Below, one piece after another: positions 19,055 to 28,115 of a stretch of DNA of 57,889 bases; the first letter of the stretch is position 1, and each line of letters begins with the position of its first letter. Under the pieces are notes generated by a model that ran no database searches, had not been told where the DNA came from, and saw only the letters and a program-made list of their open reading frames with translations. This DNA comes from a virus (lineage: Duplodnaviria; Caudoviricetes), in IMG/VR virus record IMGVR_UViG_3300047551_001006, positions 1 to 57,889 of that record. One strand, 5' to 3'. The translations under genes were made by a program, and so were the position numbers.

Positions 19055-20974
19055 ATGGCTGATAACAGCATATTTGGCAGACTAAAGAAACTTTTTTCTA
19101 CTAACACAGTAGTTCGTAATGTTGGTGGAAAAAGACTTAAAGTAGCCGACACAGACAATATTCAATCGTTTATCAACAGACGCGGTATTGATAGATACCA
19201 CCGCGTCTATTCGTCTATGACGGGTGGATATGGTTCTTCACACGGACGATATGAAGCTGCGGCCGCATTCCAAGGCTCACGACTTCAATTGTTCCGTGAT
19301 TATGACATGATGGATAATGACCCAATTATCTCGTCAGTAATGGATATCTACTCAGATGAATCAACCGTTAAAGACGAATTCGGTAATATTCTAACTATCC
19401 ATTCAAAAAATACGCAAATCCAAGAAATTCTTCATAACTTGTTCTATGATGTATTGAATATTGAATTCAATCTCTGGCCATGGGTCAGAAACATGGTAAA
19501 GTATGGAGATTTCTTTTTATATCTTGACATCGACCCAGAATATGGTATCGTGAACGTATTACCACTTTCTGTTTATGAAACCATTCGTATCGAAGGTCAA
19601 GACCCAGGTAATCCGTTCTCAGTCAAGTTTAAGATTGAAAATGACTTTCTTGCTTTGGGTAAGACAGAATTTGATAATTACGAAATAGCACATTTCCGTA
19701 TGTTAGCAGACACCAACTTCCTTCCATATGGTAAGAGTATGGTTGAAGGTGGTCGCCGTGTGTGGAAGCAACTTCAATTGATGGAAGATGCGATGTTAAT
19801 TCATCGTATTATGAGAGCACCAGATAAGCGTAAGATTTTGGTCGATATTGGAAATATTCCACCAGCAGAAATCGATACGTTTATGAACCGTATCATCGAC
19901 CGTATGAAGAAAACACCATTAGTTGACCCACAAACGGGTGATTACAATCTTCGATACAATATGCAAAATATTACCGAAGATTTCTACATGCCAGTTCGTG
20001 GTAAAGACTCTGGAACAGATATCCAAAATCTTCCAGGTCTACAATTCAACGCAATTGAAGATATCGAATACCTCCGTAATAAATTAATGGCAGCATTCAA
20101 AGTACCGAAGTCATTTATTGGATACGAAGAAGATATTAATGGTAAGGCAACCTTGGCGGCGCAAGACGTTCGTTTCGCACGTACTATTGAACGTGTACAA
20201 CGAGTAATGGTGTCGGAATTGACTAAGATTGCAATCATTCATTTGTATGTCCAAGGATTTACTGATGAAGATTTAATTGACTTTGAATTATCACTTACCA
20301 ATCCATCAGTTGTTTACGAACAAGAAAAATTAAACTTGTGGAAGGAAAAGGTTGGTGTGGCAACACAAATTATGGATAGTAAGATGTTGTCGCATGAATG
20401 GATTTACCATAATATTCTTGAATTGTCTGATGATGAAATTGCAGAAGAACAAAAGAAAATTCAAGAAGATGTAAAGAGAATGGCAGGATTAGAAGCAGCC
20501 GCACAACCACAACAACCAGGAGCATCGGGTGGTCCTGACGCTGGTGGAGCAGCACCAACAGAAGAACCAGCGGACGATACGCCAACACCACCAACAGAGG
20601 AAGAAGAGCAACAAATTGATGACGTAGATACAATTTTAGCTTCGTTAGAACCTTCTGAAGAAGAAAGTGAATTAGAGGAAGTTCCAGAAGAAGAATTGGA
20701 AGAAGCTAAGATGGGTCGTCCAAAAGTGGGTATGAAGTTTGGTCAAGATAGTCATCCACGTGGTCGTGACCCACTTGGTCATAAAGAAAATATGGGTTCG
20801 TTGACTGTTAAAAAACAAAGAAACGACAAGCGTAAGTCACCACTTGCACTAACAAAGGAAATCCAAGCATTAATTAGTCAAGTTAAGAAACCATCGAAGA
20901 AAGTTTTGATGGAAGATATAGAACCAACGGGTTCTTTGTTAGATGAAAGTAATATTTTAGATCTGGAAAATTAA
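19055..20974 (+). CDS. Portal protein (T4 gp20-like) with acidic C-terminal extension
   Basis: 639 aa; YGDFFL, LMEDAMLIHRIMRAP, VDIGN, EDFYMPVRG, LPG, DIEYLRNKL, DVRFARTI motifs. Confidence 0.93.
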   Translation: MADNSIFGRLKKLFSTNTVVRNVGGKRLKVADTDNIQSFINRRGIDRYHRVYSSMTGGYGSSHGRYEAAAAFQGSRLQLFRDYDMMDNDPIISSVMDIYSDESTVKDEFGNILTIHSKNTQIQEILHNLFYDVLNIEFNLWPWVRNMVKYGDFFLYLDIDPEYGIVNVLPLSVYETIRIEGQDPGNPFSVKFKIENDFLALGKTEFDNYEIAHFRMLADTNFLPYGKSMVEGGRRVWKQLQLMEDAMLIHRIMRAPDKRKILVDIGNIPPAEIDTFMNRIIDRMKKTPLVDPQTGDYNLRYNMQNITEDFYMPVRGKDSGTDIQNLPGLQFNAIEDIEYLRNKLMAAFKVPKSFIGYEEDINGKATLAAQDVRFARTIERVQRVMVSELTKIAIIHLYVQGFTDEDLIDFELSLTNPSVVYEQEKLNLWKEKVGVATQIMDSKMLSHEWIYHNILELSDDEIAEEQKKIQEDVKRMAGLEAAAQPQQPGASGGPDAGGAAPTEEPADDTPTPPTEEEEQQIDDVDTILASLEPSEEESELEEVPEEELEEAKMGRPKVGMKFGQDSHPRGRDPLGHKENMGSLTVKKQRNDKRKSPLALTKEIQALISQVKKPSKKVLMEDIEPTGSLLDESNILDLEN

Positions 20975-21032
20975 AGTCTTATTAATATTCGTTATATTTA
21001 ATATATGACGGTATACTGTCACCAAAAATGGG

Positions 21033-21917
21033 ATGTTTATGAAAGCAAACGTCAAGCATAACAAAATACGGAATACGGGCATACTATTTGAATTATTAGT
21101 CCGTAAAATTACCTCAGACGCATTGGAAAATCGTAGTGGAGAAACTGCGGTTAAGCTAATGAAAGAGTATTTCAATTCTAAAACCGAACTTGGTAAAGAA
21201 TTGATACTCTATCGTTCGTTTTTCAATGCTCAACAACTTAGTGAAACCAAGGCATTTGAACTTCTTAATGTATTAATCGCACAACGTAAAAAGTTAAACG
21301 AAACAGCATTAAATACACAAAAATATAAGTTAATTCGTGAAATTAAAAATAACTACGATTTAAAAGAATTTTTAAATGCCCGTATTCCGTCTTACAAAGT
21401 TTATGCTTCTGTATATAAGGTGTTCGATGGTGCAGTGAATGAAATCCAAGACTTCAACGAAATTGAAGGAATGGTTGAAGCAAAATTTACCATCGTAGAA
21501 CATTTGAGTGGTAAAATCATCAGTAAGGAAATCAAGAATGATACCGCATTGTTCGAAGCAATGAAAGGTCAAGAAGAAGATTTACGTTTATTGACCTATA
21601 AGATTTTGATGGAAAAGTTCAATCAAAAGTATGTAGAACTTGATGACCGTCAAAAGAATCTTCTTCGTGAATACATCTACAACGTATCTAATTCCACAGC
21701 ACTTCGTAATTATGCGGTCACTGCAGCAGTAGAATTAGTTGCAGAAATCAAGTCAAAGCTGCAAAAAGTAGACAATAAGATTACCAAGATTAAACTATCT
21801 GAAGTAATCACCCAATTAGAAAAAATTAAAACAGCACAAGTCATTAAGGAAAATCATATGACTGCGTTGTTAATTGCCTTGGAAATTACCAAGACATTAG
21901 ACACCTTAAAGAGTTAA
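21033..21917 (+). CDS. Conserved hypothetical head-module protein
   Basis: 294 aa, helical; KHNKIRNTGILFELL N-terminus; lies between portal and protease. Confidence 0.6.
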   Translation: MFMKANVKHNKIRNTGILFELLVRKITSDALENRSGETAVKLMKEYFNSKTELGKELILYRSFFNAQQLSETKAFELLNVLIAQRKKLNETALNTQKYKLIREIKNNYDLKEFLNARIPSYKVYASVYKVFDGAVNEIQDFNEIEGMVEAKFTIVEHLSGKIISKEIKNDTALFEAMKGQEEDLRLLTYKILMEKFNQKYVELDDRQKNLLREYIYNVSNSTALRNYAVTAAVELVAEIKSKLQKVDNKITKIKLSEVITQLEKIKTAQVIKENHMTALLIALEITKTLDTLKS

Positions 21918-21920
21918 TCT

Positions 21921-22418
21921 ATGGATAACGTACAAAAACTTCGTGAGCTTATCCGTGAGCTTATCAAGAAAGAACTTGATGAAGCAACCACAACGGCAAG
22001 TGTTCCTGGGTACTTAACTCCATATTCTTTCCGTGGTAATAAGGAAAAGAGTATTGCTCGTTCTAAGCATATCGCAACAGCAACCACAGGATTTAAGTTA
22101 ACTCCTAAAGGTGAAGAAGAAGCAAATAGACCAGCAGACAAGATGGAAATAGTCAAGAAAGAATTAAGTGAAAACAAGTACTACGAATATAAGAACGACA
22201 CCACAAAGACACCACACAGAAAGATTGCGGAAGCTATCTCGCAATTAAACAGAAATTTACAAGAAATTGAACGTGTTATCAAAATGAACGCACGTTTAAA
22301 GAATGAATCAGGTATCGCAAGTGAACAACTATGGAAGCGTACGCAACAAGGATTATTGAAGTTAGAAGCAAAACTCCTTGGTGTTGCAACACGCATCCGT
22401 GAAATCCGTGGACAATAA
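21921..22418 (+). CDS. Hypothetical protein (candidate prohead core/internal protein)
   Basis: 165 aa; LRELIRELIKKELDEA N-terminus; coiled-coil C-terminus. Confidence 0.6.
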   Translation: MDNVQKLRELIRELIKKELDEATTTASVPGYLTPYSFRGNKEKSIARSKHIATATTGFKLTPKGEEEANRPADKMEIVKKELSENKYYEYKNDTTKTPHRKIAEAISQLNRNLQEIERVIKMNARLKNESGIASEQLWKRTQQGLLKLEAKLLGVATRIREIRGQ

Positions 22419-22419
22419 T

Positions 22420-23007
22420 ATGCAAGCACTATTAGTCGAATATAACGTCATTTCATATGACAGAGCATTATTAAGTGAAGCAGCAGACGTTTCAAAACCA
22501 CTTGTTTTGAAAGACGTATTATTACAACGTGCTGACTTCAAAAACCAAAATGGTCGTGTATATCCAAAAGAAATCTTGGCTCGTGAAGCAATTGCATACA
22601 AGAACAATTTCGTCACACAACGTCGAGCACTGGGTGAATTAGATCACCCAGAAAGTCCAGTAGTTAATTTAAAAAACGTATGTTGCAACGTCACCGAACT
22701 TTGGTTTGAGGGTGAAGATGTAAAGGGCAACATAGAAATCTTATCAACACCATCTGGCAATATTGTTCGTGAATTAATTAAGAATAATATTCGTTTAGGG
22801 GTTTCTTCACGTGGTATGGGTTCGGTCAAGCAAATTGGTGAAAACGCTGTAGAAGTACAGGATGATTTTAACCTTATTTGTTTTGATATCGTCAGTAATC
22901 CAAGTACCCACGGTGCATTTATTAACGAAAACACGGGTGGTCAAATCATCACCCCCTATAGTCGTATTGATACATTAATTTACGACTTCTTAGGTGAACT
23001 AAAGTAA
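22420..23007 (+). CDS. Prohead protease (T4 gp21-like)
   Basis: NQNGRVYP, GELDHP (catalytic His), GVSSRGMGS (catalytic Ser), FDIVSNPS; start moved to ATG 22420. Confidence 0.93.
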   Translation: MQALLVEYNVISYDRALLSEAADVSKPLVLKDVLLQRADFKNQNGRVYPKEILAREAIAYKNNFVTQRRALGELDHPESPVVNLKNVCCNVTELWFEGEDVKGNIEILSTPSGNIVRELIKNNIRLGVSSRGMGSVKQIGENAVEVQDDFNLICFDIVSNPSTHGAFINENTGGQIITPYSRIDTLIYDFLGELK

Positions 23008-23018
23008 AAGGAGTTTTT

Positions 23019-23267
23019 ATGACAACGTTTTTAGTATTAGTATTAGGTTTGGCAGTTGCAATCTATTTCATCAATCGTAAGATGATGCAAGCACCAGCAC
23101 CATTATTAAAGGCAACCAAGAAGGTTGAAGAAACTGTCGTAAAGGCGGTTGATGTGAATGGTGATGGTAAGGTTGATTTGGCAGACGCAGTTGCAGCAGT
23201 CAAGGCAGTTAAGACAACTGGTAAGAAAGTTGCAAAGAAAATCAACGGTAAGAAAAAGACCAAGTAA
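23019..23267 (+). CDS. Small membrane protein with DVNGDGKVDLAD Ca-binding-like loop
   Basis: 82 aa; SD AGGAG; N-terminal TM helix; basic tail. Confidence 0.65.
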   Translation: MTTFLVLVLGLAVAIYFINRKMMQAPAPLLKATKKVEETVVKAVDVNGDGKVDLADAVAAVKAVKTTGKKVAKKINGKKKTK

Positions 23268-23268
23268 T

Positions 23269-23646
23269 ATGGCGCATATGCGACTCAAAGCTTTACTAAA
23301 TGAAAATATTACAGATGAATTTGTAAAGTTTGTCGCTAAAGAGCTACAACTTAAATCACTACCTGCGAGTATTAAATTTGTTGGTAGTGATTATTCTAAA
23401 GAAAATTTGACATTTGGAACTTACAGACCCGATACGGATGAAATCGTAATTGTCAAAGGTAATAGACATATCGCTGATGTCTTACGAACGTTAGCACATG
23501 AAATGGTGCATCACAAACAACGTATAAGTGGCCAAGAATTAAATGGTGAAGATGGATCAAACACCGAAAATGAAGCAAACGCAGTGGCAGGTGAATTGAT
23601 GCGTAAGTTTCGTTATGTAAGACCAGAATTATATTTGGAGAGATAG
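23269..23646 (+). CDS. Zinc metallopeptidase-like protein (HEXXH)
   Basis: LAHEMVHHKQ with downstream ENEANA; start moved to ATG 23269. Confidence 0.75.
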   Translation: MAHMRLKALLNENITDEFVKFVAKELQLKSLPASIKFVGSDYSKENLTFGTYRPDTDEIVIVKGNRHIADVLRTLAHEMVHHKQRISGQELNGEDGSNTENEANAVAGELMRKFRYVRPELYLER

Positions 23647-23647
23647 G

Positions 23648-24130
23648 ATGCCAGCAGTCAGCAAAGCACAACAAAAACTAATGGGAATTGTTCATGCTAT
23701 CCAAACTGGACGAGCAAAGGCAACAGATTTTAGTCCAACTGCACAAAAGTTGGCAAAAACTATGTCTAAGGGTGATGTAACAAAATATGCATCAACTCCA
23801 ATCTCTAAATTACCAAAGAAAAAGGACGAGGTTGCAGGAGCAGTTCCTGTATCTGATTTTCCTGTTGCATCGGACGATACTACACCAACGGTGTCTAATG
23901 ACCCACATTTGGTCACTACCGACGAAAACTATAGTGAAAAACAAAATAAGATTTTGAGTATTGTTAAAGATAAACACCCAGCAGAAATAGATGGTACATT
24001 AGTTGATGTATACACTGCAGCATTACTTACAAAAGTTTTACATAAGTTGGCACCAGAAAATCGTAAGAAGATGTTAGCACTTCCATTAGAAAAAATGGTG
24101 GCAACTGCGTATAAGTTAGTAACTAGATAG
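23648..24130 (+). CDS. Hypothetical protein
   Basis: 160 aa; MPAVSKAQQKLMG N-terminal module; SD GGAG. Confidence 0.6.
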   Translation: MPAVSKAQQKLMGIVHAIQTGRAKATDFSPTAQKLAKTMSKGDVTKYASTPISKLPKKKDEVAGAVPVSDFPVASDDTTPTVSNDPHLVTTDENYSEKQNKILSIVKDKHPAEIDGTLVDVYTAALLTKVLHKLAPENRKKMLALPLEKMVATAYKLVTR

Positions 24131-24131
24131 T

Positions 24132-24815
24132 ATGGGTAAAACTGCATACATAACAGATTTTGATGACACCCTTGTACATACTGATGCACGGGTTGCTGTT
24201 ATTGATAAGGACGGCAAACGTAGAGAAATTAGTCCAGCAGACTACGCATCATATGAAAAACAACCGGGTGATACATTCGATTATTCGGAATTTGAACAAT
24301 TAAAAAATCCCCGTCCGATTAAAAAATATGTAAATCTATTAAAGAAAGTTATCGACCAGAAAAAAGCAAATAAGGTCGTAGTATTGACCGCACGTGGTCA
24401 TACCAAACCAATTGCAAAATTTCTTCAATCACAAGGAATTACTTCTGGTGTTACAATTGCTGCATTGGGGGATAGTGACCCAATGGAAAAGGCAAAGTAT
24501 ATTGAAAAACATATTAAAGACGGATATAACCGTATCGCATTCGTGGACGATGCTCCCAAAAATGTGAAAGCGGTTAAAACTTTGATGGATAAGTATCCTG
24601 AAACAAAATTGGTGGTACAACAAGCACAAGAAAAAGACACAAAACAAACTGGTGCAACTCCAACCAAACAAACTCGTTTGAAGGACTTACTAACACATCG
24701 TATCAAAAATCCACAGACAGGTCGAGAAATTCTCGTAAAAAGTGCATTAGGATATAGCACAGATTCACCGGTAAGAAAAGCAGCGATGAATTATATAACA
24801 AAAAATATAAAGTAA
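24132..24815 (+). CDS. HAD-superfamily phosphatase
   Basis: Motif I DFDDTL, motif II LTARG, K, motif IV FVDD. Confidence 0.8.
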   Translation: MGKTAYITDFDDTLVHTDARVAVIDKDGKRREISPADYASYEKQPGDTFDYSEFEQLKNPRPIKKYVNLLKKVIDQKKANKVVVLTARGHTKPIAKFLQSQGITSGVTIAALGDSDPMEKAKYIEKHIKDGYNRIAFVDDAPKNVKAVKTLMDKYPETKLVVQQAQEKDTKQTGATPTKQTRLKDLLTHRIKNPQTGREILVKSALGYSTDSPVRKAAMNYITKNIK

Positions 24816-24825
24816 AGGAGGTTGT

Positions 24826-25044
24826 ATGTACGTTGAAGTACGAGGAGAAAGTTTAGGTGATTTAGATAGAGCACTTAGACAATTCTCTAAAATGGTTAAG
24901 AAGGCAGAAATTGTTAATGAAGTCAAACGCCGTGAGTTTTATGTTAAGCGGTCGAAGAAAAAGATACTAAAACGACAAGAAGCACTTCGTCGTAGAATTA
25001 GAGAAGAAAAGAAGGTAGAAAAGAAAAAGAACGCTGATTGGTAA
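24826..25044 (+). CDS. rpsU: Phage-encoded 30S ribosomal protein bS21
   Basis: 72 aa; V.V..E.....LDRALRQFSK.V.K..I..EVKRREFY.K.S..K..KR..A.RR matches bS21; strong SD AAGGAGG. Confidence 0.85.
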   Translation: MYVEVRGESLGDLDRALRQFSKMVKKAEIVNEVKRREFYVKRSKKKILKRQEALRRRIREEKKVEKKKNADW

Positions 25045-25082
25045 AAAATGGTGTTTTTTGTAAAACAACTAATATATATTAT

Positions 25083-25117
25083 ATAGATTACACCTCTTTT
25101 GGGGTGTCTATGCTTTT
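25083..25117 (+). terminator. Possible hairpin/terminator between bS21 and scaffold genes
   Basis: atag(att)acacctc-tttt-ggggtgt-ctat bulged stem followed by gctttt. Confidence 0.35.
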
Positions 25118-25175
25118 GTATTTATAACCGTATAATAGTTCAGAATAACTATTGAAACACAACGAGAGGCATTAT

Positions 25176-26405
25176 ATGGCAGAAATCAAGAACGAACTTT
25201 TAAAGCAAGCTATCGCAGACGCAGAAGCTGTTCGCCAAACAGCAATTGCAAATGCAAAGATTGCATTAGAAGAAACATTCACACCCCAAATCAAGTCCAT
25301 GTTAGCAAAGCGCCTACGCGCTGAAGCAATGGAAACCGCAGAAGGTGCAGAAAAGGCAAAGGAAGAACCATTCCAAGATGCAGATCCAGTTGGTTCATCA
25401 GAAATGCCAGCCGATTCATCAACAATCGGAACAGGTGACAATAAGGAACCATCACCAGCAGCATTTGATTCAGCAGAAGATGATATGAGTGGTGAAGGTG
25501 AAACCGATTCATCAACCGATTGGTATGATGATTGGTCAGAATCAGACTTTGACCTTGACGAAGTAATCAAGGAATTAGAAGAAGATGTAAAGGCACTTTC
25601 AGAAGCTGAAGAAGAGGAAGAAGAAGAACTCGACGAAGCTAAGCATGAAGGTGAAGAAGAAAAGGAAGAAATGAAGGAAGGTATGGAACACGGTGAAGAA
25701 GAAAAGGAAGAAGAAAAGGCAGACGAAGCATACCCAGATGAAAATCCAGAAGGTGGTGCACATAAGCCAGAAATTCCAGCTAAGTCAGCACATGATGACA
25801 AGCCAACCGCTCCAGCAATGAATCCTATGGGCAAGTCAGAAGATGCAACAGATGCATCAGACCCACATAAGTTCGCAATGAACCCAGCAGAACCAAAGAT
25901 GGAAATGGGTTATTCAGAAGGTGAAGGCGAAGAAGAACTCGACCTTGAAGCTATCATCCGTGAATTAGAAGCCCAAGATGCTAAGGACGCAGAACAAAAG
26001 CATCACATGGCTACTAAGATGGCAGATCTTCAAAAGGAACTTGCAGAATATCGTAAGGTAGTAGAAGTCCTACGAGGCAAGCTTAACGAAGTAAATCTTC
26101 TAAACGCAAAACTCCTTTATACCAACAAGATTTTCCGTAAGGAAGGTTTAACCAACGAACAAAAGATTAGTATTCTTGAATCATTTGATCGTGCAGTCAA
26201 CGTTCGTGAAGTTAAGATGGTATACGCAACATTAGCAGAAGCAATGACTGTAACTGCTAAGACAGCAAAGGGACGCACCTCATCAAGTAAGGTTGTAACT
26301 GAAGGTTTGGCATCAAAGCCAACTGTAAGTACAGCTCCAAAGAAGGAAATTTTAGAAGAAAATACAGTCGCAAAGCGTCTACAACAACTCGCAGGCATTC
26401 TATAA
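25176..26405 (+). CDS. Prohead scaffold/core protein
   Basis: Very acidic; AIADA..V..TAIANAK.ALEE N-terminus and LNEVNLLNAKLLY C-terminal coil; directly upstream of the capsid gene; start moved to ATG 25176. Confidence 0.8.
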   Translation: MAEIKNELLKQAIADAEAVRQTAIANAKIALEETFTPQIKSMLAKRLRAEAMETAEGAEKAKEEPFQDADPVGSSEMPADSSTIGTGDNKEPSPAAFDSAEDDMSGEGETDSSTDWYDDWSESDFDLDEVIKELEEDVKALSEAEEEEEEELDEAKHEGEEEKEEMKEGMEHGEEEKEEEKADEAYPDENPEGGAHKPEIPAKSAHDDKPTAPAMNPMGKSEDATDASDPHKFAMNPAEPKMEMGYSEGEGEEELDLEAIIRELEAQDAKDAEQKHHMATKMADLQKELAEYRKVVEVLRGKLNEVNLLNAKLLYTNKIFRKEGLTNEQKISILESFDRAVNVREVKMVYATLAEAMTVTAKTAKGRTSSSKVVTEGLASKPTVSTAPKKEILEENTVAKRLQQLAGIL

Positions 26406-26425
26406 CATTTTAGGAGATAAATCAT

Positions 26426-27997
26426 ATGTCAGGTGTATCAGAATTTATCAACGAAGCCGGTTCAGCACACCGCGTAGTAGTTGAACAAACCCGCCAATTG
26501 GCAGGTAAGTGGGAAAAGTCAGGCCTTCTCGAAGGTTTAACTGGCCATGAAAAGCAAGGTATGGCAGTAATGCTTGAAAACCAAGCAACACAACTTCTTT
26601 CAGAAGCAACAACCACAAATCCAGGTGGTTCAGGCACAGCTGGTGAAAACTGGGCAGGTGTCGCACTTCCATTAGTACGTAAGGTCTTTGGTTCAATCGC
26701 ATCAAAGAATTTCGTATCAGTCCAACCAATGAACTTACCAGCAGGTTTGGTATTCTTCATGGACTTCAAGTATGCAAACACAGTAAACGGTAAGACAGCA
26801 GGTGGTTCACTTTATGGTACAACCTCTGGTTCAGGAACTCTCCCACGTGGTGGTTTCTACGGCGCTGGTGAATACGCATACTCAGTAAACGATGCAACAT
26901 TAACACTTGCACCAACAATCGCATCATCATCAGTAACTTCATATGGTGATGTAAACTATAATGATACATATTCTTCATCATTTGCATCATTCTTCAAGTT
27001 CGTTGTTCCAGCAGTAAGTTTCTCAAATGCAGATTTCAACGCAGTTCGTTCATTCCGCATCACAGACACCGTAACTGGTGACTTACTTCCAGAATTCACC
27101 AAGTATGATGGTACAAACGTAACCTTCATCGTAAGTGGTGCAGCACTTGGTAACGCTGTAATTTCAGCAGTCGAATACAGTAAGCAACCAACCGACACAA
27201 CCCGTGGTGACTTCGAAGATCGTGATAACTCAGTAACAAACTTGAACATTCCACAAATTGATTTGGAACTTCGTTCAGAAACAATCGTAGCAAAGACCCG
27301 TAAGTTGAAGGCAGTCTGGTCACCAGAACTTGCACAAGACTTGAACGCATACCACAGTGTTGATGCAGAAGCAGAATTAACAGCAATGTTAAGTGATTAC
27401 ATCTCAACAGAAATCGACCTCGAAATCCTTGATATGTTAATTGCAAACGCAACAACCACCGAATTCTGGCACGCAGAAGTAGGTAAGGTATGGAACGGTA
27501 CCGCATTCGTACCAAGTGCAACACTAAGTGGCCAAGCTTGGACAAACATGACCTGGTATCAAACACTCGGTCAAAAGATGCAAAAGGTATCAAACAAGAT
27601 TCATCAATTGACAATGAGAGGTGGTGCAAACTTCGCAGTAGTATCACCAACCGTTGCAACAATCATCGAAACAATCCCAGGATTTATGGCAGCAACAGAC
27701 GGTGATAAGATGGAATTCGCAGGTGGCGTAACAAAGGTTGGTTCATTCCAAAACCGTTACACAATCTATAAGAACCCATACATGACAGAAAACGTAATGT
27801 TAATGGGCTTCCGCGGTTCTAACTTCTTAGAAACCGGCGCAGTATACGCACCATATATCCCACTTATCATGACTCCTTTGGTATACGATCCAAACAACTT
27901 CACACCACGTAGAGGCGTAATGACCCGCTACGCTAAGAAGATCGTACGTCCAGAATTCTTCGGTAAGATCTTCATCGACGGATTGGCAACAGTCTAA
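26426..27997 (+). CDS. Major capsid protein (T4 gp23-like)
   Basis: 523 aa; VQPMNLPAGLVF, KTRKLKAVWSPELAQDLNAYH, YAPYIPL, PRRGVMTRY. Confidence 0.96.
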   Translation: MSGVSEFINEAGSAHRVVVEQTRQLAGKWEKSGLLEGLTGHEKQGMAVMLENQATQLLSEATTTNPGGSGTAGENWAGVALPLVRKVFGSIASKNFVSVQPMNLPAGLVFFMDFKYANTVNGKTAGGSLYGTTSGSGTLPRGGFYGAGEYAYSVNDATLTLAPTIASSSVTSYGDVNYNDTYSSSFASFFKFVVPAVSFSNADFNAVRSFRITDTVTGDLLPEFTKYDGTNVTFIVSGAALGNAVISAVEYSKQPTDTTRGDFEDRDNSVTNLNIPQIDLELRSETIVAKTRKLKAVWSPELAQDLNAYHSVDAEAELTAMLSDYISTEIDLEILDMLIANATTTEFWHAEVGKVWNGTAFVPSATLSGQAWTNMTWYQTLGQKMQKVSNKIHQLTMRGGANFAVVSPTVATIIETIPGFMAATDGDKMEFAGGVTKVGSFQNRYTIYKNPYMTENVMLMGFRGSNFLETGAVYAPYIPLIMTPLVYDPNNFTPRRGVMTRYAKKIVRPEFFGKIFIDGLATV

Positions 27998-28027
27998 TTG
28001 ATGTAGAAGGGTAGTACATTAGAAATT

Positions 28028-28060
28028 GGGGTGGCCGAAAGGTCACCCCTTTTTCTTTTT
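28028..28060 (+). terminator. Rho-independent terminator after the major capsid gene
   Basis: ggggtggcc-gaaa-ggtcacccc followed by tttttcttttt. Confidence 0.9.
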
Positions 28061-28115
28061 ATATAAAGTAAACTACTATTTATATTAAGAGTTTTTCTAT
28101 CCATGAGATTTTAAT

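Noticed and set aside
23644-24134. TAG stops suggesting a recoded genetic code
   Set aside because: The next genes start out of frame one base later, and core genes are full length in the standard code
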